Below the pieces are notes generated by a model. The model worked only from the letters and a program-made list of their open reading frames with translations, made no database searches and was not told the origin of the DNA. The translations under genes and the position numbers were made by a program. 64,000 bases of DNA from Candidatus Limnocylindria bacterium. GTDB lineage: Bacteria; Chloroflexota; Limnocylindria; Limnocylindrales; CSP1-4. Location of the stretch: NCBI GenBank assembly GCA_035513775.1, contig DATKBR010000025.1, positions 3,240-67,239 on the forward strand, given 5' to 3'. Every line of letters begins with the position of its first letter. Position 1 is the first letter of the stretch. Positions 28,488 through 37,614 of this stretch are shown here, in pieces.

Positions 28488-29528
28488 ATGATCCCAGCCG
28501 ATACCGCCGAGCGATCGGCGGCCCTTCGAGGCGGGCTTGAGCTGGTGGCCCGACGGCAGCTGATTGCCTCACCGATCGACGTGATGTTTGCGCTCCATCC
28601 CGGTGACCGGCCCCTGGTCAAGGCCGGGGAGGCCGTCAGTCGCGGCCAGCCCCTGATAGAGCACTACCGCGACCCGCGCACGATCGTCGTAACCGGGCTG
28701 CAGCCGGGTGACGGGCCACCCGCACCCGGAGAGCGCTGGACCGAGCCGCCGGCCCGGCGTGGCCACCAGGGTGACCAGGCAGCCGGTGGCGAGCTTCTGT
28801 TTCGCAGCGGTGGCCGGTGGCGGATTGCGGGCGGCGACCGGCCCGACGCGATCGAGGCGCCGTTCGCCGGCGAGGTGCACGAGCTCCGGTCGGGCACGGC
28901 CGTGGTCGTACGCACGAGCGCGAACGCAATCCTGGGGCGCGCGGCGCTCGCAGGCCCGACGTGGGGTCGACTCCGGATCGTCACGGACGCCGACGGCGAG
29001 CTGCGTGCGCAGCACGTCGACGTGGGTGCCGCCGGATCGATCGTGGTCGCCGGGGCCCGGATCGACGCCGAGGCGCTGACCCGCGCTCGTGCCGTGGGCA
29101 TCCGCGGCGTGATCGTCGCCGCGCTGGGCATCAAGGAGCAGCGCGACTTCCTCGCCTCCGAACGGCGGGGCCGCGCGGCGGTTCATGGGCTGCCGCCGTT
29201 CGGCATCCTCGTCCTGGACGGCGCCGGGCGCCGCCCGATCGCCTCGGCGGTCATGGCGATGTTCGAGGCACTCGAGGGCACCATGGTCGCCCTCGTCGGA
29301 AGCCCACCGGCGCTCGTCGTCGACGATCCCACCGTCACCCTGCCGCCGCCCCCGCCGGAGGTCGTCCGGGTACGCTCCGGGCCGCTCGCCGGCGCAGAGG
29401 GGACCTGGGCCGGGCTGGCCGGGCCGCGACGCTTCCCGGCGGGCGTGACGCTCGAGGCGGGCTTCGTGCGCTTCGGCGAACGGCCACGGGTCGCAATTCC
29501 GATCGGCGATCTCGAACGCTTTGCCTGA
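28488..29528 (+). CDS. Hypothetical protein (barrel-sandwich-like motifs, KOW-like C-terminus)
   Basis: ATG 28488 inside track ORF 27963..29528, 346 aa. VKAGEAVSRGQPLIE, APFAGEVHELRSGTAVVV and VVRVRSGPLAGAEGTW. Ends 8 nt before the tsaE ATG. Confidence 0.5.
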   Translation: MIPADTAERSAALRGGLELVARRQLIASPIDVMFALHPGDRPLVKAGEAVSRGQPLIEHYRDPRTIVVTGLQPGDGPPAPGERWTEPPARRGHQGDQAAGGELLFRSGGRWRIAGGDRPDAIEAPFAGEVHELRSGTAVVVRTSANAILGRAALAGPTWGRLRIVTDADGELRAQHVDVGAAGSIVVAGARIDAEALTRARAVGIRGVIVAALGIKEQRDFLASERRGRAAVHGLPPFGILVLDGAGRRPIASAVMAMFEALEGTMVALVGSPPALVVDDPTVTLPPPPPEVVRVRSGPLAGAEGTWAGLAGPRRFPAGVTLEAGFVRFGERPRVAIPIGDLERFA

Positions 29529-29535
29529 CCGGGGC

Positions 29536-30051
29536 ATGTCGACGGCCTCCGACGCGATGGAGCTGGACAGCTGGAGCCCCGAGGCCACGCGCCGGCTCGC
29601 CGGGCGGATGTCCGCGGCGGCGGCCGCCGGCGACGTCGTGTGCCTGTGGGGCGAGCTCGGCGCGGGCAAGACGGTGTTCGCGAAGGGCTTCGGCCTGGGC
29701 CTCGGGATCGAGGACACGATAAGCTCGCCGACCTTCGTGCTGATGGGCGAGTACGCCGGCCGGCTGCCGCTGTTCCACATCGACCTGTACCGGCTGGCGT
29801 CGGCCGCCGAGGCGCTCGACGGCGGGCTCATCGACGACCGGCAGGGGACCGGCGTCGTCTTGATCGAGTGGCCGGACCGCCTCGGCGACGCCCTGCCGGC
29901 GGACCGGCTGGACGTCCACATCGACGGCGGGCCGGACGAGCAGCGGCGCCTGCGAATCGCGGCCGTGGGCACCGGATACGAGCGCTACGTGCACGCGGCA
30001 GCCGCGAGCGACGACGGGGTAGCCGGTGCGGCGCCCGGAGGCGCCGCGTGA
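29536..30051 (+). CDS. tsaE: tRNA t6A37 biosynthesis ATPase TsaE
   Basis: GDVVCLWGELGAGKTVFAKG Walker A, SPTFVLMGEY, HIDLYRL. A TTG at 29521 is an alternative start. Confidence 0.87.
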   Translation: MSTASDAMELDSWSPEATRRLAGRMSAAAAAGDVVCLWGELGAGKTVFAKGFGLGLGIEDTISSPTFVLMGEYAGRLPLFHIDLYRLASAAEALDGGLIDDRQGTGVVLIEWPDRLGDALPADRLDVHIDGGPDEQRRLRIAAVGTGYERYVHAAAASDDGVAGAAPGGAA

Positions 30052-30722
30052 GCGCGCTTCGTGAAGGCGCCGGCTGGCTCCTGGCCCTGGATACGTCGAC
30101 GTCGACGATCGTCGTCGCGGCCGGGACGGTTGACGGCACGCTCATCGCGGCCGAGGCGTTCGAGGGCCGCTACCGCCACTCCCAGGAGCTGCTGCCCGCG
30201 ATGGTCCGCATGATCGAGGGAGCGGGCCTGCGACTGGCCGATCTCGCAGCGGTGGTCGTCGGCACCGGGCCAGGGGCATTCACGGGGCTGCGCGTCGGCA
30301 TTGCCACGGCGAAGACCCTTGCGCACGAGCTGGGCCGGCCGCTCGTCGGGATCCCGTCGTCCTCCGCGCTCCTCGACGCCGTCGGCAACGACGCGGTGCT
30401 GTGGCTCTCCTCCGGCCCGCGCGATCGGGTGATGGTCCGTGTCGGCGGGGACCCGGTCGTCGTTCCCGGCGACGCGGATGTCGCCGGCATCCGGGAGGTT
30501 GCCGTGGACCTCGCCGGCCGCGCGTCCGAGGCGGCACTCGAGCTCGGCCGGGAGGCGGTCGCCGGACTGCCGGCGGCGCTGCTTCGGCTCGGCGCCGCCC
30601 GCCTCGCCGCCGGCGAATCGGACGATCCAGAGCGGCTCGTCCCGGGCTACGCGAGCCCGCCGCGAGGCGCGCCGATCGAGGCACCCGAAGGGAGCGTGGC
30701 GTGGTCGCGCGACCCCCGGTAG
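30048..30722 (+). CDS. tsaB: tRNA t6A37 biosynthesis protein TsaB
   Basis: GTG overlaps the tsaE stop (GTGA). LLALDTSTSTIVVA and VGTGPGAFTGLRVGIATAK motifs. Confidence 0.88.
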   Translation: MSALREGAGWLLALDTSTSTIVVAAGTVDGTLIAAEAFEGRYRHSQELLPAMVRMIEGAGLRLADLAAVVVGTGPGAFTGLRVGIATAKTLAHELGRPLVGIPSSSALLDAVGNDAVLWLSSGPRDRVMVRVGGDPVVVPGDADVAGIREVAVDLAGRASEAALELGREAVAGLPAALLRLGAARLAAGESDDPERLVPGYASPPRGAPIEAPEGSVAWSRDPR

Positions 30723-31279
30723 CCATTCGCATCGCGCCGATGACCGTCGCGGACCTGCCGGCCGTCCACGCCATAGAGCGGGCGAGCTTCACCGTCCCGT
30801 GGCCGGACGATGCGTACCGCAACGAACTGGCCACGAACCGGCTGGCGAGCTACGTGATTGCGCGCGCGGACGAGGCGATCGTCGGCTTTGCCGGGCTGTG
30901 GGTCATGGTCGACGAGGCGCACGTCACGACCTTCGCGGTGGATCCGCGCTGGCGCCGCCGGGGGGTCGGCGAGCGGCTGCTGCTGGCGCTCATCGACATC
31001 GCGGTCGCCCGCCAGGCGCGCGAGGCCACGCTCGAGGTGCGCCTTTCGAACATGCCCGCGCGCCGCCTGTACGAGAAGTACGGGTTCCGCCCCGTCGGGA
31101 TCCGCCCGCGCTACTACTCGGACAACGGCGAGGACGCACTGATCATGACGACGGAGCCGCTGGGCTCTGCAGCCGTCCGCGACCGGCTGGCGGGGCTGCG
31201 GGCCGCTTTGGAGCAGCGCCCGATCGATCCCGAGGATCACGGCTCCGACCCCGCGCCGGACGATGAGTACCGCGGCTGA
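30701..31279 (+). CDS. rimI: Ribosomal-protein-alanine N-acetyltransferase
   Basis: GNAT motif FAVDPRWRRRGVGERLL plus ARRLYEKYGF. The start is either GTG 30701 or ATG 30740. Confidence 0.85.
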   Translation: MVARPPVAIRIAPMTVADLPAVHAIERASFTVPWPDDAYRNELATNRLASYVIARADEAIVGFAGLWVMVDEAHVTTFAVDPRWRRRGVGERLLLALIDIAVARQAREATLEVRLSNMPARRLYEKYGFRPVGIRPRYYSDNGEDALIMTTEPLGSAAVRDRLAGLRAALEQRPIDPEDHGSDPAPDDEYRG

Positions 31280-32349
31280 TGGCCACGTCGTCGTCCGGGC
31301 CGCTCGTGCTGGCCGTCGAATCGTCGTGCGACGAGACCGGGATCGCGCTCGTCGAGGGCGGTAGCCGCATCCTCTCGAACGTGGTGGCAAGCCAGGTCGC
31401 GCTCCACGCGCCGACGGGCGGCATCGTCCCCGAGGTCGCCGCCCGCGCGCACCTGCGCTGGATCCTGCCCGTGCTCGACGAGGCGTGGCAGGGGTCGGGG
31501 GCGACGTGGGACGACGTCGGCGCGGTCGCGGTCACTCGCGGCCCCGGCCTCGCGGGGTCGCTGCTGGTGGGGATCAACGTCGCCAAGACGCTCGCCTGGG
31601 TTCACGACAAGCCGTTCGTGGGCGTGAACCACCTCGAGGGCCACGTCTACGCGGCGTGGCTGCGCGATCCCAACCAGGCCGGCGGCGACGAGCCCATCTT
31701 CCCGCTCGTGGCCCTGGTGGTCTCGGGCGGCCACACGTTCCTTGTCGAGATGACGGACCACCTTTCCTACCGCCTCCTGGGGCAGACGATCGACGACGCG
31801 GCGGGCGAGGCGTTCGACAAGGTCGGGCGGCTGCTCGGCCTGGACTACCCGGGCGGCCCGGCGATCCAGCGCGCGGCGGGGGACGCGAGCCGGCGCGACG
31901 CCGTGTTCCCGCGCGCCTGGCTGGGCGATTCGTTCGACTTCTCCTTCTCCGGGCTCAAGACCGCGGCGAAGCGCACCGTGGAGGCGGCGCGCGCGGACGC
32001 GGGGCTGCGGGAGCCGGACGAGCCACTCCCGCACGCCGTGACCGCCGAGCTGGCCTGGGGCTTCCAGGACGCGGTGGTGGACGTGCTCGTTGCCAAGGCG
32101 ATCCGGGCCGCCCGCGAGAGCGGCGCCCGATCCATCGTGCTCGGCGGCGGCGTCGCGGCCAACGCGGCGTTGCGGGCTCGGCTGGCCGCGGAGGCGGAAG
32201 CGATCGGAGTGCCGCTGATCGTGCCCCGCCCCGGCCTGTGCACGGACAACGGGGCGATGATCGGCGCAGCTGGCGCGCGGCGATTCCTGGCCGGCGAGCG
32301 ATCGGGCCTGGACCTAGAGGCGACGCCTTCGCTTCCCCTCGCGAAGTGA
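31279..32349 (+). CDS. tsaD: tRNA N6-adenosine threonylcarbamoyltransferase TsaD
   Basis: 356 aa. LAVESSCDETGIALV, NHLEGHV, VVSGGHT. Confidence 0.96.
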   Translation: MATSSSGPLVLAVESSCDETGIALVEGGSRILSNVVASQVALHAPTGGIVPEVAARAHLRWILPVLDEAWQGSGATWDDVGAVAVTRGPGLAGSLLVGINVAKTLAWVHDKPFVGVNHLEGHVYAAWLRDPNQAGGDEPIFPLVALVVSGGHTFLVEMTDHLSYRLLGQTIDDAAGEAFDKVGRLLGLDYPGGPAIQRAAGDASRRDAVFPRAWLGDSFDFSFSGLKTAAKRTVEAARADAGLREPDEPLPHAVTAELAWGFQDAVVDVLVAKAIRAARESGARSIVLGGGVAANAALRARLAAEAEAIGVPLIVPRPGLCTDNGAMIGAAGARRFLAGERSGLDLEATPSLPLAK

Positions 32350-32362
32350 GCGCTCAAGCACG

Positions 32363-33256
32363 GTGACGACCGGCGACCGGCCGCCGGACAGGCCGCGGCT
32401 CGATCCGCTCGAGGTTCGCCGGACATTGCGTCGCGAGGGATTGCGCGCGAGCCACGCGCGATCCCAGAACTTCCTCGCCGACCCCGACGTGCTCGAGTCC
32501 ATCCTGGACCTCTCGGAAGCGACAGCCGGGACGCGCGTGCTCGAGATCGGGCCGGGGCTGGGAATCCTCACCGGCGGGCTGCTCGCCGCCGGCGCCGAGG
32601 TCACCGCGGTGGAGCTGGATCGGAGCCTCGTCGGCTATCTGCACGAGCAGTTCGCAGCCCCGATCGAGGCGGGACGCCTCCGCCTGATCGAGGGCGACGC
32701 ACTCGACCTCGAGCTCCCCGACCTCGTTGCAAGCCCTTACCGCGTGGTCGCGAACCTGCCGTACCACATCACCAGCCCGATCCTGCATCGGCTCCTCGAG
32801 CGGGACCCGCGCCCGGAGCGGCTCGTCCTGATGGTCCAGGCCGAGGTTGCCGAGCGCATCGCCGCCCCGCCCGGGCGGATGAGCTATCTGTCCGTGTTCG
32901 TGCAGTTCCACGCGGCCGTGCGCGTCGCGCTCCGCGTGCCGCCGGAGGCGTTCGAGCCCGCGCCCAAGGTGTCGTCGGCCGTGGTGGTGCTTGAGCCACA
33001 CGCGACTCACGCGCTGCCGCCGGAGCGCGAGGAGGCACTCTGGGGCCTGGTCCAGTCCGGCTTCCGCGAGCGCCGCAAGATGCTCCGGAACGTGCTTGCC
33101 CGCCAGCTGCACCGCGGGGCGGACGGCGCGAGCGGCCCGCTAGTCGGCCAAGCGGTAGTGGACGCGGCCCTCGCCGCCGCCGGGATCGCCGGCGACCGGC
33201 GCCCCCAGACCCTGTCCGTGGACGAGTGGCTGCGCCTCCTCGAGGCCTTCGAGTGA
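32363..33256 (+). CDS. rsmA: 16S rRNA (adenine1518/1519-N6)-dimethyltransferase
   Basis: 297 aa, GTG start. QNFLADP, VLEIGPGLGILT and ANLPYHITSPIL motifs. Confidence 0.93.
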   Translation: MTTGDRPPDRPRLDPLEVRRTLRREGLRASHARSQNFLADPDVLESILDLSEATAGTRVLEIGPGLGILTGGLLAAGAEVTAVELDRSLVGYLHEQFAAPIEAGRLRLIEGDALDLELPDLVASPYRVVANLPYHITSPILHRLLERDPRPERLVLMVQAEVAERIAAPPGRMSYLSVFVQFHAAVRVALRVPPEAFEPAPKVSSAVVVLEPHATHALPPEREEALWGLVQSGFRERRKMLRNVLARQLHRGADGASGPLVGQAVVDAALAAAGIAGDRRPQTLSVDEWLRLLEAFE

Positions 33257-33279
33257 GCGGCCGTGCCCGTGACCCGCTG

Positions 33280-34314
33280 ATGCCCGTGATCCGGCTAGCG
33301 CCCGCGAAGCTCAACCTCACGCTGGCCGTGCTCGGGGCGCGACCCGACGGCTACCACGACCTGCACTCGGTGATGGTGTTGCTCGGCCTGGCAGATCGGC
33401 TGAGCTTCGCCCGGGCGGCCGGCGCCGAGGACAGCCTGCACGTGGCCGGCGCCGACGGGCGAAGCGACGGACGAAGCGACGGGCGAAGCGACGGACGAAC
33501 CAGCGGACGAGCGCCGCTGGACCCGGCGGAATTCGGCTCCGTGCTCGCCGGGATCGCCGAGGCCCGCCGCGCGGTAGGACGCGGCGCAGAGACGTTCCCG
33601 CTGGCCGTTCGGCTCGAGAAGCGGATCCCCGTCGCGGCGGGGCTCGCCGGCGGCAGCAGCGACGCCGCCGCGGCGATCGACGGCGCCCTCGCGGCATGGG
33701 GCGCCGACCTGGACGCAGAGTCTCGCGGACGCGCCGCAATCGCTGTGGGCTCCGACGTGCCCTTCTTCCTCGCCGGCGGGCCCGCGCTCGTCGAGGGGCG
33801 CGGGGAGCAGGTGACGGCCCTCGCCGGGATAGACGGGGAGCCGCCGGGCCTGGTGCTGGTGACGCCCGCCGTCGAGTCGTCGACGCGCGCCGCGTTCGCG
33901 GCCTTCGACACGGACCCCGCGGCGGCGCCGGCGAACCGCGGCTCGACCCGCCTGACCTCCGAGCACCTCGCCGCGGAAATGGCGCCGGGTCACGCGCCGA
34001 TGCGCGCCGCCGGCCTCGTCAGCCGGGCCGGCGTCCTGGCGGTTGCGAACGACCTCGCCGGTGCCGCCGACCTGCTCGTGCCCGGCCTGCGCACGCTCCG
34101 CCGCCGGTTGATGCGCCTCCTGGGCGTCCCGATCGGGCTGTCCGGCTCCGGCCCCACGCTGTGGGCGCTCTATCCTGCTCGGGAGGGCGCGGAGGCGGCC
34201 GCGGATGTGATCCGCAGCGAGCTCGCGCTCGGGACGCTGGACGCCCCCGGAACAGGCACCCCATTCGTCGTCGCGACCACCATCGAGCGCCCAAGCGCGA
34301 GGAGGCCGGAATGA
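33280..34314 (+). CDS. ispE: 4-diphosphocytidyl-2-C-methyl-D-erythritol kinase
   Basis: ATG 33280 inside track ORF 33226..34314. APAKLNLTLAVLG and the GHMP motif PVAAGLAGGSSDAAA. Contains a (GRSD)n insertion. Confidence 0.88.
   Translation: MPVIRLAPAKLNLTLAVLGARPDGYHDLHSVMVLLGLADRLSFARAAGAEDSLHVAGADGRSDGRSDGRSDGRTSGRAPLDPAEFGSVLAGIAEARRAVGRGAETFPLAVRLEKRIPVAAGLAGGSSDAAAAIDGALAAWGADLDAESRGRAAIAVGSDVPFFLAGGPALVEGRGEQVTALAGIDGEPPGLVLVTPAVESSTRAAFAAFDTDPAAAPANRGSTRLTSEHLAAEMAPGHAPMRAAGLVSRAGVLAVANDLAGAADLLVPGLRTLRRRLMRLLGVPIGLSGSGPTLWALYPAREGAEAAADVIRSELALGTLDAPGTGTPFVVATTIERPSARRPE
33457..33510 (+). repeat. In-frame 12-nt tandem repeat (GG[G/A]CGAAGCGAC) encoding GRSDGRSDGRSDGRTSGR within ispE
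   Basis: Three near-perfect 12-nt copies, followed by one 8/12-match copy (33493-33504) and a partial fifth, read directly from the sequence. Confidence 0.85.
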
Positions 34315-34697
34315 CCCGTCGAGCCATAGCCACGAGCGCCGCGCCACCAGCGGGCGGGCCCTACAGCCAGGCCATCGCGACGGACGACCTCGTCTTCTGC
34401 GCCGGCCAGCTCGGCACGGACCCCGCGACCGGGGAGCTGGCAGATGGCGTCGAGGCCCAGGCAGAGCGCGCCCTGCGGAACCTCGAGGCGGTCCTGGATG
34501 CGGCCGGCTGCACGTTCGCCGACGTGGTCAAGACGACGTGCTTCCTCGCCGACATCAACGACTTCAATGCGTTCAATGCCGTCTATATTCGGTTCATGAC
34601 CGACCCCGCGCCGGCGCGCTCGACGTTCCAGGTCGCAGCGCTGCCGAAGGGCGGCCGGGTCGAGATCGAGGCCATCGCCGTTCGTCCTCGAGCCTGA
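34311..34697 (+). CDS. ridA: RidA/YjgF/RutC-family reactive-intermediate deaminase
   Basis: 128 aa. ATGA overlap with ispE. GPYSQAI, FCAGQLG and PARSTFQVAALPKGGRVEIEAIA motifs. Confidence 0.9.
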   Translation: MTRRAIATSAAPPAGGPYSQAIATDDLVFCAGQLGTDPATGELADGVEAQAERALRNLEAVLDAAGCTFADVVKTTCFLADINDFNAFNAVYIRFMTDPAPARSTFQVAALPKGGRVEIEAIAVRPRA

Positions 34698-34739
34698 GCG
34701 AGGTTTGACGCCTGCGCTGGTCCCCCCGACAATCCCCGC

Positions 34740-36173
34740 GTGACCCCGTCACGTACCGAGCCGTCCAGGCGGACGGCAGCGGTTGTCCTGGCCGCGGGCC
34801 TTGGCACGCGCATGCGTTCGCGGATGCCCAAGATCCTGCACCCTCTTTGCGGGCGGCCCATGCTCGCCTACGTCCTGGATGCGTGGGAGGTGGCCGCGTC
34901 CGAGCTCGACGGGACGGCCGACATACCCTCCGGTGGCGGGGCGGTAATCGTCTTTTCACCCGCCACCGAGCCGATTCGCGAGATCGTCGGGGCGCGCGGC
35001 CGGCTCGCCCTCCAGGACGTGCCCCGAGGAACGGGTGACGCGGTCCGGGCCGCCCTCACCGAGGTCGCCGAGGACGTGGACGAGATACTCGTCCTCTCGG
35101 GCGATGTCCCGCTCGTGCTCGGCGACCAGCTCGTCGCCGTCGTGGGGCAGCGGCGCCTCGATGACGCCGCCATCACGCTCGCCTCGGTGTTCGCCGCCGA
35201 TCCCGGGGAGCTGGGGCGCGTCGTGCGCAGCGAGTTCGGGTCGGTCGAGCGGATAGTCGAGGCCCGCGACGCCTCCGCCGAGGAGCTGGAGACGAACGAG
35301 GTGAACGCCGGCGTGTACGCCTTCGACGCGGCGTGGCTCCGGCGGCGTATCGACGCGCTCCAGCCGTCGGCCTCGAACGGCGAGCTGTACCTCACCGACC
35401 TCATCCAGCTGGCCCGCGAGGACGGCCGCATCGTCAGCGCCGTCGGGTTCGACGACGACGGCACGCTCGACGGCATCAACGACCGCAGCCAGCTCGCCCA
35501 GGCCGAGTGGGCGCTCCGCGTGCGGATCAACGAGGCCCACATGCGTGCCGGCGTCACGATGCGCGACCCGTCGACCGTGTACCTCGACTGGGGCGTCACC
35601 ATCGGGCAGGACGTCACCCTCGATCCGGGCGTGGTGCTCCGCGGCGCGACGTCGATCGGGGAGGGGACCATCATCGGTCCATCGACGACGATCGTGGACT
35701 CCACGATCGGGCGCGACTGCTGTGTCGAGCGGAGTGTGGTCGAAGGCTCCACCGTTGAGGACGGCGCGACCGTTGGCCCGTTCAGCCATCTTCGCCGGGG
35801 AAGCCACTTGGGCGCCGCCGCGGAGATCGGCAACTTCGCCGAGGTCAAGAACTCGCGACTCGGCGCGCGGGTCAAGCAGCACCACATGAGCTACCTGGGC
35901 GACGCGGACGTCGGCGCCGGCACGAACGTGGGCGCCGGCACGATCACCGCGAACTGGGACGGCCGGTCGAAGAACCGAACCACGATCGGCAAGAACGCGT
36001 TCCTCGGCGTCGACACGATGCTCGTGGCGCCGGTTGAGGTCGGCGAGGGCGCGAAGACCGGCGCGGGCGCGGTGGTCACGAAGGACGTGCCGCCCGGCAA
36101 GCTGGCCGTCGGGGTGCCCGCTCGCATCCGGGAGCAGCGCGTGCGGCGGCCCGCAGGCGAGGAACCGGGCTGA
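34740..36173 (+). CDS. glmU: Bifunctional GlcNAc-1-P uridyltransferase / GlcN-1-P acetyltransferase
   Basis: 477 aa, GTG start. LAAGLGTRMRSRMPKILHPLCGRPML, then C-terminal left-handed beta-helix hexapeptide repeats. Confidence 0.93.
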   Translation: MTPSRTEPSRRTAAVVLAAGLGTRMRSRMPKILHPLCGRPMLAYVLDAWEVAASELDGTADIPSGGGAVIVFSPATEPIREIVGARGRLALQDVPRGTGDAVRAALTEVAEDVDEILVLSGDVPLVLGDQLVAVVGQRRLDDAAITLASVFAADPGELGRVVRSEFGSVERIVEARDASAEELETNEVNAGVYAFDAAWLRRRIDALQPSASNGELYLTDLIQLAREDGRIVSAVGFDDDGTLDGINDRSQLAQAEWALRVRINEAHMRAGVTMRDPSTVYLDWGVTIGQDVTLDPGVVLRGATSIGEGTIIGPSTTIVDSTIGRDCCVERSVVEGSTVEDGATVGPFSHLRRGSHLGAAAEIGNFAEVKNSRLGARVKQHHMSYLGDADVGAGTNVGAGTITANWDGRSKNRTTIGKNAFLGVDTMLVAPVEVGEGAKTGAGAVVTKDVPPGKLAVGVPARIREQRVRRPAGEEPG

Positions 36174-36175
36174 CC

Positions 36176-37579
36176 ATGGCCATCGAGATCCTCATCATCG
36201 TCCTGCTGGTCGCCCTGAACGGCGTGTTCGTGGCCGCAGAGATCGCGCTCGTGGCGATCCGCCGCAGCCGGGTGGAGCAGCTGACCGAGGAGGGCCGTCG
36301 AGGCGCCGCGCGCGTCCGGCGGCTCACGAGCGACCCCGGCCGCTTCCTGGCCGTGGTCCAGATCGGCGTGACGTTCATCGGTTTCCTTGCCGCGGCGTTC
36401 GCAGGCGTCCAGCTCGCGGGGCCACTCGCCAGCGTGTTGATCGGCGCCGGCCTCAACCCGGACACCTCGGGCGGCGTCGCGCTGGTGATCGTGACCGTGA
36501 TCGTGTCGCTGTTCACCATCGTCTTCGGCGAGCTTGTCCCGAAGACGCTCGCCCTCGCCCATACGGAGGCCCTCGCCCTCGCCCTCGCCGCGCCGGTCGA
36601 CCTTCTCGGCCGGATCCTGAATCCGCTCGTCGTGCTGCTGACCCGTGCCACCGCGGCGATCGCGCGCCTGCTGGGCGCTGAGGTGAGCACAGAGCAGCAG
36701 ATATCGGCCGACGAGCTTCGGCTGATCGTGGAGCGCGGCGGCGAGCAGGGCATCCTCGAGGCCGAGGAGGAGCAGATGATCAACGCGGTCATCGAGCTCG
36801 GGCAGCACCGCGTCCATGAGGTCATGGTCCCGCGGGTCGCGATCGCGGCCCTGGACTCGGATGCCACCCTGGAGGAGGCGATCGACCTCATCGTCGAGGT
36901 CGGCCACTCGCGCATCCCGGTCTACCGCGAAGCGATCGACGAGATCGTCGGCATCCTGTACGCGAAGGACCTGCTGCCGTACCTGAAGCCGGACGCGGGG
37001 CCTCGGCCCGCGCTGCGCAAGCTGCTCCGGCCGCCGGTGCTCGTCCCCGAATCGATGACGATCGACGACCTGCTCCACGAGCTCCAGCGGCGCAAGGTCC
37101 ACCTCGCGATCGTGCTCGACGAGTACGGCGGCACGGCGGGCCTCGTCACCATTGAGGACCTGCTGGAGGAGATCGTCGGCGAGATCCAGGACGAGTACGA
37201 CGTCGAGGAGCCGCTGGTCGAGCGCCTGTCCGACCACGAGGCGCGGGTCGACGGTCGGGCCGACGTCGACGAGCTCCTGGAGCTGTTCGACCTTGACCTC
37301 AGGCTCGAGGATGCCGATGAGTACGACACCGTCGGCGGCCTGATGTACCACCGCGTCGGCGGCGTGCCCGCACCCGGCGATTCGATAGAGGTCAGCGGCC
37401 TGCGGCTCACGGTCGAGACGACTGACGGTCGCCGCGTCGGCAAGGTCCTGGTGACCCGTCGCGTCGAAAAGCCGCCCAGATCGGACGGGGACGGTTCCGG
37501 CGATGCGCCGGCCGCAGGCCCGCGCGGTCGTGGCGAGCGCCGCGGCGCAGCGGCTCGAGGGTCGCGCGGCAAGCGCTGA
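36176..37579 (+). CDS. CNNM/HlyC/CorC-family transporter-associated protein (DUF21-CBS pair-CorC_HlyC)
   Basis: 467 aa. N-terminal TM DUF21 region (LNGVFVAAEIALV), a CBS pair, and a CorC C-terminal domain (TVGGLMYHRVGGVPAPGD). Confidence 0.9.
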   Translation: MAIEILIIVLLVALNGVFVAAEIALVAIRRSRVEQLTEEGRRGAARVRRLTSDPGRFLAVVQIGVTFIGFLAAAFAGVQLAGPLASVLIGAGLNPDTSGGVALVIVTVIVSLFTIVFGELVPKTLALAHTEALALALAAPVDLLGRILNPLVVLLTRATAAIARLLGAEVSTEQQISADELRLIVERGGEQGILEAEEEQMINAVIELGQHRVHEVMVPRVAIAALDSDATLEEAIDLIVEVGHSRIPVYREAIDEIVGILYAKDLLPYLKPDAGPRPALRKLLRPPVLVPESMTIDDLLHELQRRKVHLAIVLDEYGGTAGLVTIEDLLEEIVGEIQDEYDVEEPLVERLSDHEARVDGRADVDELLELFDLDLRLEDADEYDTVGGLMYHRVGGVPAPGDSIEVSGLRLTVETTDGRRVGKVLVTRRVEKPPRSDGDGSGDAPAAGPRGRGERRGAAARGSRGKR

Positions 37580-37614
37580 TCCCCACGCGCCGGCGTTCCC
37601 GACGCGGGCGCCGG

